Positions 44,301 to 54,605 are shown, numbered from the stretch's first letter. The stretch is 64,000 nucleotides of DNA from a virus (IMGVR_UViG_3300021388_000002); one strand, 5' to 3'. Numbers and translations are program-made. Notes: generated from the letters alone by a model not told the origin.

Positions 44301-47125
44301 AGGCCAACAAGGACATGGTGGCCCAGATGCTGCCCGCGGCCAAGGGCAGCCAGCAGATGACGGACATCCTGTACGCGCTGGCCCAGCACGGCGGCTACCA
44401 GGGCGCGGACAGCTTCAAGGCCCTGGCCACCTGGGTGGGCAAGACCAAGGACCCGATGACCGACCTGGACAAGATCACCACCACCCTGACCACCGACTCG
44501 GCCAACCTGGCCAAGGACGTCCAGAACCTGTCGATCGCCCTCGGGCAGACCCTGAACAGCGCCATGGCGGCGGCGGTGCTGCAGGCAACCGGCGGGCAGA
44601 AGGTATTCGACAACTTCGCCAACTCCATCCTGCACACCCAGTTCAACAGCCAGCAGGACCAGAATTCCTCGCTGGCCCTGGCCCAGTCCCTGCTGGCCCT
44701 GACCGGCAACGTCGCGGACGCGCACTCGGAGTTCGATGCCTTCGCGCAGAAGTCCCTGAAGCTGAACCAGGACCAGGCTGACCAGCTGTGGAACGAGATC
44801 AAGGGCAAGCTGAACCCGGCCATCAGCGACCTGACGAACACCACCGTGCCGCAGGCCAGGTCGGCGTTTGACGACTGGGCCAAGAACGGCCTGGACCTGT
44901 CCAAGAGCAAGGCGGATGACCTGTGGAACGAGCTGAACAGCAAGCTCAACCCCAAGATCAATGAGCTGATCAACAGCAGCGTGCCCGGCGCCAAGAAGGC
45001 CTTCATCGACTGGGCTGAGAACTCCCTGAAGCTGACCCAGGGCCAGGCCTCGAACCTTTACACCGAGCTGCAGACGCTGCAGAACTACATCAACGGCATG
45101 CACGGCACCAACCTGAACGTGCTGATGAACGGCAAGGGCCAGTTCACCGTGGCCGGGATCAACGCCATCACCGGCAACCAGGCACCCGGCGTGCAGCTGG
45201 CCGCGGGCGGCATCATCAACCTGGGCTCCGGGCCGACCGCCGACGACGTGCTGGCCCTGGTGTCCCGCGGGGAGTACGTGATCCGGGCCTCCTCGGTGGC
45301 CAAGTACGGCAAGCCGCTGCTGGACCAGCTCAACGCGGGCAAGCTCGCCGAGGGCGGCCCGGTCAGCAAGCTGGCGCGGTACGCCACGGGCGGCGTGGTC
45401 GCGGACCCGTACTCGGGCAACCTGACAACCACCTACCTGGGCGACATGTATAACACGTTCCAGGCCGACATGACCAACACCATGGTGGCGGACATGCGGA
45501 CCGCGATGAAAAGCGCGGAGGCGGCGGCCAAGGCAGCGGCATCAGGTGGGTACTCCGGCCCGGGTGGCGGCGCCCCGGGCGCGAACGCCGCACTGGCCCG
45601 GCAGCTCTACCCGGCCTGGGGCTCGGGCTCAGAGTGGACGGCGTGGAACAACGTGGCCATGGCCGAGTCGGGCTGGAACCAGTTCGCGGACAACCCCAGC
45701 TCGAACGCCTACGGCATCCCGCAGGCACTGCCCTACACCAAGATGCCCCGGGCGGCCTGGCCAGCCAGCGCGGGCGGATCATCCAACCCGACCGCGCAGA
45801 TCACCTGGATGATCTCCTACATCAAGTCGGTGTACGGCGACCCGATCGGGGCGTGGGCGCACGAGCAGGCCGACCACTGGTACGCCGAGGGCGGGCTGAT
45901 CCCGGCGCTCGCCAGCGGCGGCATGATCCCGGCGCTGGCCTCGGGCGGGACAACGGCGGCGGCGAACTGGGTCAAGAACGTCAAGGCCCGGCAGAAGGCT
46001 GAGCTGCACGGCTACCAGGATTTCGAGGCGGCCTGGAAGGAATCGCTCCGGGTGGCCAAGAAGGGCAGCTGGACCTCCGGGCACCGCTCCGGGCTGACCT
46101 CGGAGCTGGGCACGCTGACCCGCCGGCAGGCCAGAGAGGAAGCGATCTACGACGGCGTGCTGAAGTCCCCGACCAAGGCGGACCTGAGCAAGTGGGACAC
46201 CTCACTGAAAGACCTGATCACCACCCTGAAGGACCAGGATCTGTCGTACAAGGGCGGTCACCCGTCCCAGCTGGCCGCGCTGCGCACGGACATCTCCGCG
46301 CTGGAGAACATCACCGCCAAGCCGGTCCCGGCCGGGGTGGCCGCGCTCGCCAGCCCCGGCACCGCCCCGAAGTCCTGGCTGTCCAACACGGACCGGACGG
46401 CGCTGTATAACGCGGCCACCGCGGAGTCCGCGGCGTTCTGGGCGCTGTATGACAGCAAGCTGCCCAAGGGCACAGCCAAGAAATACCAGACCCAGCTGGC
46501 CGCCTGGGATAAGGTGCTGCGCGCCCAGCAGCTCAAGACGTTCGGCATGACTGCCGGGACCAGGGGCTGGTGGGGCGGCGGCCCCGGGCTGTTCCAGCAG
46601 CTGATGAACAGCTTCAACTCACCCAAGACCCCGCCCAACTGGAACGCCTTCTCCTCGGCGCTGAGCTACATGATCAAGGAGGTTGAGGGCACTGGCATCA
46701 AGGGCGGCATCAACCCGCCCGGCACGCCCGCCAACTCCGGCTGGGTGCCCTACCACTTCTTCAACAGCGCCTGGCGCAAGCTGCTGGACGCCCTGAACAC
46801 GGTGGCCGCCGACCTCAAGCCGGTAGAGCCGTGGAACCCGGGCAACCTGGGCCCCAGCCACACAGTCGGCGGCGGCGTGCTGACGTTCGACCAGGGCGGC
46901 CTGCTGCCCCCGGGCCTGAGCATGACCTGGAACGGCACCGGCCGCCACGAGCTGGTCACCCCGGCGGGCGCGGGCCAGACCGGCGGCGGGACGCACATCC
47001 ACCTGCACACCCACGGCCCGGTCGGCTCCCAGGCCGAGCTGGAGGCGTGGCTGCTGAAGTCGGTGCGCAAGGTCGTCCGAGTCCAGGGCGGCGGCAACGC
47101 GCAGCGGGCGTTTGGCCGGCACTAG
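41345..47125 (+). CDS. Tape measure protein with C-terminal transglycosylase-like domain
   Basis: 1926 aa, Ala/Leu helical; GEYVIRA motif; AMAESGWN...AYGIPQALP domain. Confidence 0.9.
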   Translation: MLGEAFVVISTIGPDRATIDADVRKATTGLHPQVPLGATPDLKAIAAALAKIQAQIDAFQEKAKIGAQADISSVMAALADLEARVQAAKPDIRIGADISGVPAAMARLQAELKAMSTGSSVFADMLDLNVPQGQLIKQLNLLRRLVQQSDLSDMLGVNLNTSQLKEQLEKVADLSETVDVGANTESANAAIEALRARIDAASGGLAILRVGADTKEAEAAVLALQARLEKLRAQSTKLIITGDPSMLEAQIAKLEASLARLRQEGSDLVFKANTTGATAQIARLEKQVSDLYARWDKLDEAGAPDVDITAVTTKILALEAQLQVLKSSAEAIKFAADNKAINASITATEAKIEALKEQAASVKLGSLDTAGLLAAQAGITGIEAAMARMAPATAEATTLWGGLNKTLATTGVGWTATIGGIAGWHIVLDAAIEAAIILAGSVLALGAAAAAVYPAIDQLGYGINHSLQAMTALGTDAGPLAGKLDQLQRSVVPQVYEALGGALQLVTGQAGVLAKTAHEVVTMFDDWIARIDIWAGHQRSMDGLLQGGVGYLSQLGKFFGILAQAINNLLAKDPGIAHYFLDIFQGIALLLEGFSKLPAPIVETVLALHGIYIWGSVLGGILLKVATGIGHLVGVLAGLATDPLFWVVAAAAAVSYLSYQLTQASTYAKSFNAALEAGLASDTASQAITQISSDIGKLNEQIGEVPNRLNNVQDAADRAFTAGGKALEQGIGAFTKGNIASATGNWLKMLGDVGKGFADTATGILHFTQTGNDVAQFRGEITKLTGEQNNLFEATGKLIDKNNHLGTGALSVSQAFALMDMAGVQSSDSFELIMQKVTNLIHGYQAMSIQGGLLANTINAMNFQTAQQDSKVQAVNSAWDNFFSTVTGGVSGFDSFATQSMGLYSSLGDAAAKLSVSNGKASIALQATTAAANTGKASMTGLNTASLQLRDSFVQTATSANTQMDNLTTLASAAGLGARGTALLTQANKDMVAQMLPAAKGSQQMTDILYALAQHGGYQGADSFKALATWVGKTKDPMTDLDKITTTLTTDSANLAKDVQNLSIALGQTLNSAMAAAVLQATGGQKVFDNFANSILHTQFNSQQDQNSSLALAQSLLALTGNVADAHSEFDAFAQKSLKLNQDQADQLWNEIKGKLNPAISDLTNTTVPQARSAFDDWAKNGLDLSKSKADDLWNELNSKLNPKINELINSSVPGAKKAFIDWAENSLKLTQGQASNLYTELQTLQNYINGMHGTNLNVLMNGKGQFTVAGINAITGNQAPGVQLAAGGIINLGSGPTADDVLALVSRGEYVIRASSVAKYGKPLLDQLNAGKLAEGGPVSKLARYATGGVVADPYSGNLTTTYLGDMYNTFQADMTNTMVADMRTAMKSAEAAAKAAASGGYSGPGGGAPGANAALARQLYPAWGSGSEWTAWNNVAMAESGWNQFADNPSSNAYGIPQALPYTKMPRAAWPASAGGSSNPTAQITWMISYIKSVYGDPIGAWAHEQADHWYAEGGLIPALASGGMIPALASGGTTAAANWVKNVKARQKAELHGYQDFEAAWKESLRVAKKGSWTSGHRSGLTSELGTLTRRQAREEAIYDGVLKSPTKADLSKWDTSLKDLITTLKDQDLSYKGGHPSQLAALRTDISALENITAKPVPAGVAALASPGTAPKSWLSNTDRTALYNAATAESAAFWALYDSKLPKGTAKKYQTQLAAWDKVLRAQQLKTFGMTAGTRGWWGGGPGLFQQLMNSFNSPKTPPNWNAFSSALSYMIKEVEGTGIKGGINPPGTPANSGWVPYHFFNSAWRKLLDALNTVAADLKPVEPWNPGNLGPSHTVGGGVLTFDQGGLLPPGLSMTWNGTGRHELVTPAGAGQTGGGTHIHLHTHGPVGSQAELEAWLLKSVRKVVRVQGGGNAQRAFGRH

Positions 47126-47128
47126 CCC

Positions 47129-50100
47129 ATGGCAACCTTCCCCGGCAAGCCCCCCAACGCCCTGGGCTTCAAGGCCGAGCTGCTGCTGAACGGCCTTTGG
47201 ACCGACATCACCGCGTACTGCTACCTGCGGGACCCGGTCACGATCGCCAACATGGGCCGCACGGATGAGTCCGGCACCATCCAGACGGCCACGCTGAACC
47301 TGACCCTCAACAACCGCGACGGCCGGTTCACGCCCAAGAACTCGGCGGGCGCCTACTACCCGAACATCACCCGGAACTGCCAGATCCGGATCTCGGTGAA
47401 CGCGACCAGCCAGACGGGCGTGGCGTACTCCGGGTACCGGTTCTGGGGCGAGGTCAGCGCCTGGCCGCCGCTGTTCGACATCAGCCAGCGCGACCTGTAC
47501 GTGCAGATCACCGCCTCGGGCATCTGGCGCCGGATCGGGCAGAACCAGAACACCATCGGCAGCGCCACGACCCGCTACATCCGGCTGCTGACAGGCACCG
47601 CGGCGCCCGCCGCGTACTGGTCGATGGAGGACGGCTCCGGGTCCACCCAGTTCGCGCTGACCGAGGGCACCGGGACCAACCTGATCCCGACCGGCACGCC
47701 CTCCTACGCGGCGGACAGCACCAGCTTCCCCGGGTCGGACGCGATCGCGCAGCTGAACACGGCCCGGATCGCGGCCAACGTCAGCTCCACCGCCACGCCC
47801 ACGAGCAACATCATCCAGTTCGCGCTCTCGGTCCCGCAGGCCGGCGACTCCACCGCCAGCACGTTCCCCGCGGGCGGGATCATCACCACCATCCTGGCCG
47901 CGGGCACGGTCGGCCGGATCGACGTGACGCTGGCCTCCAACCAGCTCACGATCACCGGGTACGCCACCGCAGCCGGCGGCGCCACGCTGTTCACCGGCAC
48001 CATCTCCACCAAGGTCAACGGCATCCCGGTCGTGGTCAGCGTGGAGATCACCCCGTCCGGCGGCTCCATCGCCTGGGCCCTGCGCGCGATCAAGCCGGGC
48101 GCCAGCTCGGTGCTCGGCCAGGTCTCCGGCACCTACGGGTCGGCCTCGATCGGCCAGGTCACCCAGATCCAGCTGGACCCGCAGGGGCGGCTGAACGACA
48201 CCGGGTTCGGCCAGCTCGCGGTCTACTACGTGCTGCCCACGCTGACCTCGGTGGCGGGCGCGGCGGGCGGCTGGGCCGGGGAGAACGCGGTCACCCGGTT
48301 CACCCGGCTGTGCACCGAGTCCTCCATCCCGTACTACGTCATCGGCTCGTCATCCACCACGATGGGGCCGCAGGCCGACGACACCATGCAGAACGTGCTG
48401 CAGACCATCGAGAGCACCGATGGCGGCCTGCTGTTCGAGACCACCACCCAGTTCGGGCTCGGCTACCGGACGCTGGCCTCGATGCAGAACCAGAGCGCGG
48501 CGGTCTCGGTGCCCTACACCTCGGGCGCGCTCGGCGCCCCGCTGAGCCCGACCTACGATGACCAGCTCCTGCACAACGAGTGGACGCTGACCAACTACGA
48601 CAATTACGTGGTCACCGCGGTGGTCACGTCCGGGCCGGTCAGCATCCAGCCGCCACCCAACGGCGTGGGCTCGGGCTACACGGCCACCCGGACGGTCAAC
48701 GCGGCCACCGACGCCCAGGTCAATGCCCTGGCCCAGCAGCTGCTGTACCAGGGCTCGGTCGATGACGTGCGCTACCCGGTCGTGCTGTTCAACTTCCAGC
48801 GCACCCTGGCCGCGCCGTACTTCAGCTCGGTGCCGTCGCTGCGGATCGGGGACTACCTGGCCCTGACCTCGATGCCGTCGTTCCTGGGCGGCGGCACATC
48901 CAAGCAGCTGATCTGGGGCTGGACCGAGCACCTGGGCGGGGATACGCCCGGCTGGGACATCAGCTTCAACACCATCCCGGAGTCGCCGTTCGAGTCCGCC
49001 TTCTCCCCCGGCACGTACTCCATCACCCAGGGGCCAGCCAACACGGTCGCGGGCGCAGCATCGGTCGGGTCATCGACGGCCAGCACGGTGGCCGGCAGCC
49101 AGATCGCGGTGGCCAGCGTGACCGGCGCGGCGCTGTCCAACACGATCACCGCCCGGTCGATCGGCGGGACCACCCAGTACATCGCCGCGGCCACGCCGTA
49201 CGACTGGTCGCTGACGCTGACCACCACGCCCACGGACGCCACCTATTTCGGCACCACCCAGGAGCTGGCCGCGCCGATCGCGGTGGGCGACACCTTCACC
49301 CACTCGGCCGGGCTCGGCGGCCCGTTCACGGTGACCAGCATCGACACGCCCTCGGGCGGCAGCTGCGAGGTGCACTTCACCCCGACCGCGACCGCGGTGA
49401 TGTCCTCGGGCACCGTTTACGGCGGCAAGAACGGCGACCAGTGGATCAACACCTCCGGCGGGAACCAGGTCAACGTCTGGGCCGCGGGCACCTGGACCCC
49501 GCTGGCCTGGAATGCCACCAACGTCATCCAGGCCGGGTCCATCACGGCCACCCAGATCGCGGCCAACACGATCACCGCCAGCCAGATCGCGGCGGGCATC
49601 GTGCTGGCCGGGATCGTCAACGGCACCACCATCCAGGGCGCGACGCTGATCGCCTACGGGACCACGGGCGAGATCCTGGTCTATTCCGGCGCGCCGGCCA
49701 GCGGCAACCTGATCGGCAGCTGGAGCGGGCAGGCCGGCAGTGACAGCCAGGGCAACGCCTATCCCGCAGGCCTCATGGCCACCAGCCTGAACCTGCCCAA
49801 CCAGGCCAGCTCACCGCCCGCGGTCAGTGGCGCGAGCACCTTCTACTCTGACCACAACGGCAAGCCGCACTACCTGTCCCAGACCGGCGTGGACTCCGTG
49901 CTGGAGCGGTCCACGGTCAACGTCTACAACTTCGTGCTGGGCAGCCAGACCTCATGGGCCAACCTGTCCGCGCCCCTGGCGTACTACGCCAACGAGTCCA
50001 ACCAGTCGAGTGCCTTTGAGATCGAGGTCCGCGGCAACGGTGTCTGGGGCTCCGGCACGGTGTACGGATGGGTCACCACCCTGTCGATCGACGGCACCGC

Positions 50101-50416
50101 GGTCGGCGGCGGCGCGTCGATGACCACCGATGGCACGGGATTCGTCGCGGGCAACACATTCGCGTACATGATCTCGTACCTGATCAGCTTCCAGTCGGCC
50201 GGGACGGGAGCCACGGTGGCGATCTCCGCGGCGGGCCTGATGCAGCGGACGGGCCGGAGCATGGCCTACAACTCCGGCATCACGCTGGCCGGCAACGTCA
50301 CGTATTCCGTGGACTCCACGGTCAACCACACGTTCCAGATCGTGGCGGCCTGGACCAACACCAGCTCCGGGGAGTCCCTGACCACATACGCAACCAGACT
50401 GACGCGCTACAACTGA
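47129..50416 (+). CDS. Large minor tail protein
   Basis: Follows tape measure; WTDIT...LTLNNRDGRFTP...RI.V...FWGEV pattern. Confidence 0.8.
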   Translation: MATFPGKPPNALGFKAELLLNGLWTDITAYCYLRDPVTIANMGRTDESGTIQTATLNLTLNNRDGRFTPKNSAGAYYPNITRNCQIRISVNATSQTGVAYSGYRFWGEVSAWPPLFDISQRDLYVQITASGIWRRIGQNQNTIGSATTRYIRLLTGTAAPAAYWSMEDGSGSTQFALTEGTGTNLIPTGTPSYAADSTSFPGSDAIAQLNTARIAANVSSTATPTSNIIQFALSVPQAGDSTASTFPAGGIITTILAAGTVGRIDVTLASNQLTITGYATAAGGATLFTGTISTKVNGIPVVVSVEITPSGGSIAWALRAIKPGASSVLGQVSGTYGSASIGQVTQIQLDPQGRLNDTGFGQLAVYYVLPTLTSVAGAAGGWAGENAVTRFTRLCTESSIPYYVIGSSSTTMGPQADDTMQNVLQTIESTDGGLLFETTTQFGLGYRTLASMQNQSAAVSVPYTSGALGAPLSPTYDDQLLHNEWTLTNYDNYVVTAVVTSGPVSIQPPPNGVGSGYTATRTVNAATDAQVNALAQQLLYQGSVDDVRYPVVLFNFQRTLAAPYFSSVPSLRIGDYLALTSMPSFLGGGTSKQLIWGWTEHLGGDTPGWDISFNTIPESPFESAFSPGTYSITQGPANTVAGAASVGSSTASTVAGSQIAVASVTGAALSNTITARSIGGTTQYIAAATPYDWSLTLTTTPTDATYFGTTQELAAPIAVGDTFTHSAGLGGPFTVTSIDTPSGGSCEVHFTPTATAVMSSGTVYGGKNGDQWINTSGGNQVNVWAAGTWTPLAWNATNVIQAGSITATQIAANTITASQIAAGIVLAGIVNGTTIQGATLIAYGTTGEILVYSGAPASGNLIGSWSGQAGSDSQGNAYPAGLMATSLNLPNQASSPPAVSGASTFYSDHNGKPHYLSQTGVDSVLERSTVNVYNFVLGSQTSWANLSAPLAYYANESNQSSAFEIEVRGNGVWGSGTVYGWVTTLSIDGTAVGGGASMTTDGTGFVAGNTFAYMISYLISFQSAGTGATVAISAAGLMQRTGRSMAYNSGITLAGNVTYSVDSTVNHTFQIVAAWTNTSSGESLTTYATRLTRYN

Positions 50417-50428
50417 AGGAGCGGCCCG

Positions 50429-50920
50429 ATGGCATCGGACATGCCGGCCCTGGACGCGACCATGCACGTCGCCTCGGTGACCTACGCGTGCACGTTCGGC
50501 CTGACCACGGCCAGCCGGGGGCTGGTCAGCTTCATGGTGCCCCAGCCGGTGCAGTTCGCGTTCGGGTTCGAGACCGGCCAGGACCAGCCCGACCCGGCGG
50601 CGGACCTGCGGGACATCACCACCGACTACTCCTGGTTCGACCAGGACACGGTGGAGGCGGGCATCGCCAGTGCCCTGGGCACGATCTGCGGCGCCATCGC
50701 GGCGCTGCTCGGCACGGAGGCCGCCGAGGTCGAGGGCACCGTGACGGTACTGCGGACCTGGCGCGTCAATCCCAACCAGGTGGGCACCGCGGCGCCGGTC
50801 CAGGTCCCGGACGCGCCCATCCTGTATAACGAGACGATGCCCTACCCCCCGGCGGCGCCCGCCCAGGTGATCCAGGGCAGCGCGGGCGTCAGCGGCTCGG
50901 GCGGCGCGGGCAGCGGCTGA
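50429..50920 (+). CDS. Hypothetical tail-associated protein
   Basis: AAGGAG SD, GC3 bias. Confidence 0.6.
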   Translation: MASDMPALDATMHVASVTYACTFGLTTASRGLVSFMVPQPVQFAFGFETGQDQPDPAADLRDITTDYSWFDQDTVEAGIASALGTICGAIAALLGTEAAEVEGTVTVLRTWRVNPNQVGTAAPVQVPDAPILYNETMPYPPAAPAQVIQGSAGVSGSGGAGSG

Positions 50921-50966
50921 GCCGGAAATGCCCGCGTGAGGCGGCGCGGGTGGTTACGCTGGCACC

Positions 50967-51242
50967 ATGTTCAGGCTGGCCAGCTGGTGGCTGTGGGAGA
51001 TCCGGGTCAGCATCGGCATCTACGCGGCCGGGCTGCTGATCGCGTCCCTGACCTACCTGATGACCGCCAGCGGGCCGGCACCGTGCCCGTACAGCCCCGG
51101 TGACTGCGCCGGGGCGCAGCTGTCGGGCCGGGTCCCGGCCACGCTGATCAGCCGCTTCCCGCGGCACACCCCGCGGCTCGTCACCAGTAGTAGCGCCGCG
51201 GGCCGAAGCTCCGGCCGGCAAAACCCAGCACCAGCAAGATGA
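50967..51242 (+). CDS. Small membrane hypothetical protein
   Basis: Hydrophobic N-terminus; overlaps an opposite-strand ORF. Confidence 0.4.
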   Translation: MFRLASWWLWEIRVSIGIYAAGLLIASLTYLMTASGPAPCPYSPGDCAGAQLSGRVPATLISRFPRHTPRLVTSSSAAGRSSGRQNPAPAR

Positions 51243-51336
51243 GGCCCAGGACGATCACGATGATGCCCAGCGTCCACAGCAGGGCCACCTTGAGCAGGAA
51301 CGCCAGCACCAGCAGGATGATGCCAAGGATGATCAC
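51181..51336 (-). CDS. 51-aa membrane protein (DUF6131-like)
   Basis: MIILGIILLVLAFLL...GRSFGPRRYYW; GGAG SD. Confidence 0.65.
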   Translation of the reverse strand: MIILGIILLVLAFLLKVALLWTLGIIVIVLGLILLVLGFAGRSFGPRRYYW

Positions 51337-51345
51337 GGGAGACTC

Positions 51346-51981
51346 CTAGCGGTAAACGGGCAGGTGATAGTACGTGGCCCACTTGATGAACGCCGGGTTC
51401 GCCCGGGGGATCGGGCCCGGGCAGCCGTGGCCCACGAACGCCCCGCGCGAGTCGGAGATGATCCGGGGCAGCGTGACGGTCGGGCGGCCACCCGTGACCG
51501 GGACGGTGACCGGCAGCCCGGCCAGGTCGGCGTAGAACCCGCAGTCGGCCACGATCTGCCGCTGGAGCGTGCTGTTCGCTTTCGCCAGTGCTGCGGAGTC
51601 CCTGTCCGCCTGGGCCTGGGTGTGCCGGAGGGAGTGCACCTGGCCCGTGGTGAACAGCAGGTTGGCCGCGCCGACGCCGAGCACCACCACGAACAGCACC
51701 ACGACGGCGTAGGCCAGCGCCATGGCCTGGCCCCGGCTGGCGGGCGGCGCCACGATCTGGGCCTGGCTGACATCGATCCGGGCCTGGTCCACGTGCACGT
51801 CATCGTGCCGGGAGCTGCGGTCGCTGACCCGCTCGGTGACGGGCTCCGGGCCTGGCGCGGGCACCGCTCCCGGCGCGGGCACCGGCTCCGGCAGCGGCCC
51901 AGGCGCGGGGGCTGGCCCCGGCGCGGGCAGCGCATCCGGGGGCGGCACCGGCCCCGGTACTGGTCCTGGCTCAGTGGTCAC
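51346..51981 (-). CDS. Membrane protein with Pro-rich N-terminus
   Basis: One TM helix, coiled coil, C-terminal Cys pair. Confidence 0.6.
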   Translation of the reverse strand: MTTEPGPVPGPVPPPDALPAPGPAPAPGPLPEPVPAPGAVPAPGPEPVTERVSDRSSRHDDVHVDQARIDVSQAQIVAPPASRGQAMALAYAVVVLFVVVLGVGAANLLFTTGQVHSLRHTQAQADRDSAALAKANSTLQRQIVADCGFYADLAGLPVTVPVTGGRPTVTLPRIISDSRGAFVGHGCPGPIPRANPAFIKWATYYHLPVYR

Positions 51982-52267
51982 CGGATGGCCCCCGCGAAAT
52001 AGAGTGCTGCGACGGCCCAGACGCAGATGCTGAGCCAGAGCCAGAAGATTTCCCGATAAACCCGCCCAGCAGCGCCCCGACGTGAAAGCTCGCCCCGATA
52101 CCCGACATCGCCAGCCCAGTGATAATCACCGAATCGGACGGCTCGCGCACCGCGAACACTTCCACCATGATCAGGGTCAGGCCGCCGAGCGTCAGGATCA
52201 CGTCCTTGATGATCGCCCAGCTGTCCAGGAACCCGGCCATGAAGCCTGTCCCGTTCCACCGGCCCAC
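51971..52267 (-). CDS. Holin-like two-helix membrane protein
   Basis: KDVILTLGGLTLIMVEV...VIITGLAM hydrophobic pair. Confidence 0.5.
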   Translation of the reverse strand: MGRWNGTGFMAGFLDSWAIIKDVILTLGGLTLIMVEVFAVREPSDSVIITGLAMSGIGASFHVGALLGGFIGKSSGSGSASASGPSQHSISRGPSGDH

Positions 52268-52732
52268 GCCCACCTTCCCCAGCTGCAGCCACTGCCTGGT
52301 GTGGGCCAGCTCGCGGTGTTGCCTGGGCCGGAGCGCTCCAGTTACGAGTCTAGCTGGATTGGCGGGACACAGCTGGCACCGCGGCCCTATGATCATCGTG
52401 GGGCACCAGGGGAGGGTACATGGGCGGGACGCGGGCTCGGCACGCACCCGCCTTCCGCTATGGGATTCCGCGGCCGGCCCAGGACGCGCTCCCGCCTGCT
52501 CTCCGCTGGATCAGCCTGCCGCTGCTGCCCGGATTACCCTGCTCACCGTGGCAGCGGCTCCGGCCCCCGCCGCCCGTCCCGCCCCGCGCCGGCCAGGCTC
52601 CCACTCCCATGGCCGCCGCGGCTCCCAGCCAGGGACGGGGGCGGGGGCACCTGCGGCAGCGGGAAGCAGAATGAATGCCCGCTTTCCGGGGTCTTAGGGC
52701 GCAGCTGGCGGTTCCAGGCAATACTTAGCGTT

Positions 52733-53017
52733 ATGCCAACTGCATCGGGTGCGCATGCTGACAGGCCGAAACGTGATCCAGACCCGCTGAATACCGGCCC
52801 GCAGCAGGTGCTGCGACTGGCCCAGCAGGGAATGACCCAGCGCGATATCGCCAGTCTGCTGCACATCTCCCAGCCCACCGTGACCCGGCGCATCCGGGAA
52901 GGGGTTGAGGCCAGGAAAACCCAGCGTATGCTCGTCACGATCCTGGTCCTCGCCACGCTGTTCACCCTGAGTGTCATGGCTATCGCGGCAGCGCTGGGCA
53001 CCCTCGCCTGGGGCTGA
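52733..53017 (+). CDS. HTH protein with C-terminal transmembrane helix
   Basis: GMTQRDIASLLHISQPTVTRRI HTH; hydrophobic tail. Confidence 0.65.
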   Translation: MPTASGAHADRPKRDPDPLNTGPQQVLRLAQQGMTQRDIASLLHISQPTVTRRIREGVEARKTQRMLVTILVLATLFTLSVMAIAAALGTLAWG

Positions 53018-53156
53018 TTCAGGCCCCGCGGATCACCGGCCGCGGCGCTGCGGATCACAGCCGAATCTGATTCATTCAGCAGAACGCGTTGCCGCTGCCT
53101 GCGCGCTCATGCCACGCTTCCGGCATCTCCATCCACACCACTGCCGGGAGTTCCGC

Positions 53157-54023
53157 ATGCGCCACCGCGCCTCTGGCCGCCACGGGCGGTATCACGAACG
53201 CAGGCCCCGCTGGGCTTACCTGACCGCACCGCTGGCCGTGCTCCTCGCGGGCCTGCTGTGCGCCGGGCTGTCGGGGGACCTGACCGCGCACGCCGCGGCG
53301 AGCAGCACGGGCCGCGCCCAGGCCGCCATAGCCGGTCCCGCTGGCATCACGCTGAGCAGTACCCAGATGAGCGCGCAGATACGGCTGGCTGCGCTCCGGG
53401 ACGCCCAGGCACGGGCTGCGGCGGCAGCCCTCGCCGCGACCTACACGGTACGGCCGGGCGACTCGCTGTCCCAGGTGGCCACCCGGCGGTGCCCCTCCGC
53501 GGCGGACTGGACCGGCATCTACGCCGCCAGCCGGGCCCGCAGGTGGACCGCGGTGGACGCCAACACTCTGGCGGTGGGCCAGAAGCTGTGGATCTCGTGC
53601 CGGTACGTCGCGGCTGCCCTGCGGTTCGCCCCGGTGCCGCCCCCGCCGCCACCCGCGCCCAGGATCACCATCGTCGCCAGCGTGCGGCCCGCAGGCTACA
53701 CCAGCACCAGCGGCTACCGGCACCGCTACTACCGCGGTTACGCGGCCAGCTACGCCAGCCAGGCGCCCGCCGCCACGGCCAGCTACCAGGGCTCATCCTC
53801 GTTCCAGTTGTGTGTGATCGCCCGCGAGTCCGGCGGCAACGCCGTTGCTGTCAACGCCAGCTCTGGCGCAGGCGGCCTCTATCAGTTCCTGCCGTCCACA
53901 TGGCACGCCCTTGGCTTCAGCGGCCTGCCGGAAGACGCCCCGGTGGCAACCCAGAACGCGGCCTTCGCCAAGGCCTACGCGGAGTCTGGGACGTCTCCAT
54001 GGTCGGCCTACGACGGCTGCTGA
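53157..54023 (+). CDS. Secreted LysM + Rpf-like transglycosylase
   Basis: YTVRPGDSLS LysM; CVIARESGGN...GGLYQFLPSTW. Confidence 0.85.
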   Translation: MRHRASGRHGRYHERRPRWAYLTAPLAVLLAGLLCAGLSGDLTAHAAASSTGRAQAAIAGPAGITLSSTQMSAQIRLAALRDAQARAAAAALAATYTVRPGDSLSQVATRRCPSAADWTGIYAASRARRWTAVDANTLAVGQKLWISCRYVAAALRFAPVPPPPPPAPRITIVASVRPAGYTSTSGYRHRYYRGYAASYASQAPAATASYQGSSSFQLCVIARESGGNAVAVNASSGAGGLYQFLPSTWHALGFSGLPEDAPVATQNAAFAKAYAESGTSPWSAYDGC

Positions 54024-54053
54024 CGGGCACCTGAGCACAGCGGACGGCAGGCT

Positions 54054-54605
54054 ATGCGTTTCCCCCTCATGCGCCTGGTATGCACGCTGCTGGCTGCCAG
54101 TGCCCTGGTCACCGTCGCCGCAGTGGCCAGCCTCTCCGCGGACGGGAGGCTGGGAACGGTGATCGCCAGCCGCGGGGCCGTCCCGGCTACGCAGCCAGGC
54201 AGGCCCACGCCCGCCAGGACGGCCCCGCAGCCCGGTTTCACTGTTGTCGTGCCCAGCCGGACAGATGCGGCCCGGGCAGACAGCCCCCCGCTGGCCGTCA
54301 GCCCGGCCGCAGACGCCGCCCCGCAGCCGGCACCAGACCCAGCCGCGCCGGCCAGCACCGGCACCCCTGCCGCGCCTGCGGGCACCTGGGCGGCCAGCCC
54401 GCCGGGGTCTGCGGACACGGCCACGGGCACGGCCACGGGCACGGCCACGGCCACGGCCACGGGCACGGCCACGGACACGCAGACGGTCACGGCCACGCAG
54501 ACGGTCACGGCGGCACCCGTCACCCCCGATCCCGCCTCCACCCCCGGGCCCAGCCCGGCCACCCCCATTCCTGGCACCTCAGCCCCTGCGGAGACATCAC
54601 CATGA
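54054..54605 (+). CDS. Secreted Thr/Ala/Pro-rich protein
   Basis: Signal-like N-terminus, ATGT repeats; ATGA coupling. Confidence 0.5.
   Translation: MRFPLMRLVCTLLAASALVTVAAVASLSADGRLGTVIASRGAVPATQPGRPTPARTAPQPGFTVVVPSRTDAARADSPPLAVSPAADAAPQPAPDPAAPASTGTPAAPAGTWAASPPGSADTATGTATGTATATATGTATDTQTVTATQTVTAAPVTPDPASTPGPSPATPIPGTSAPAETSP

Noticed and set aside
41192-45103. 1303-aa minus-strand ORF (and similar long antisense ORFs at 3846-5792, 40717-42654 and 60917-62686)
   Set aside because: Shadows of the tape measure, TROVE and 60782 genes caused by GC3 bias
53020-53156. c-di-AMP (ydaO) riboswitch upstream of the Rpf-like gene
   Set aside because: Only a GCCGAATC fragment resembles it; the other conserved elements were not found
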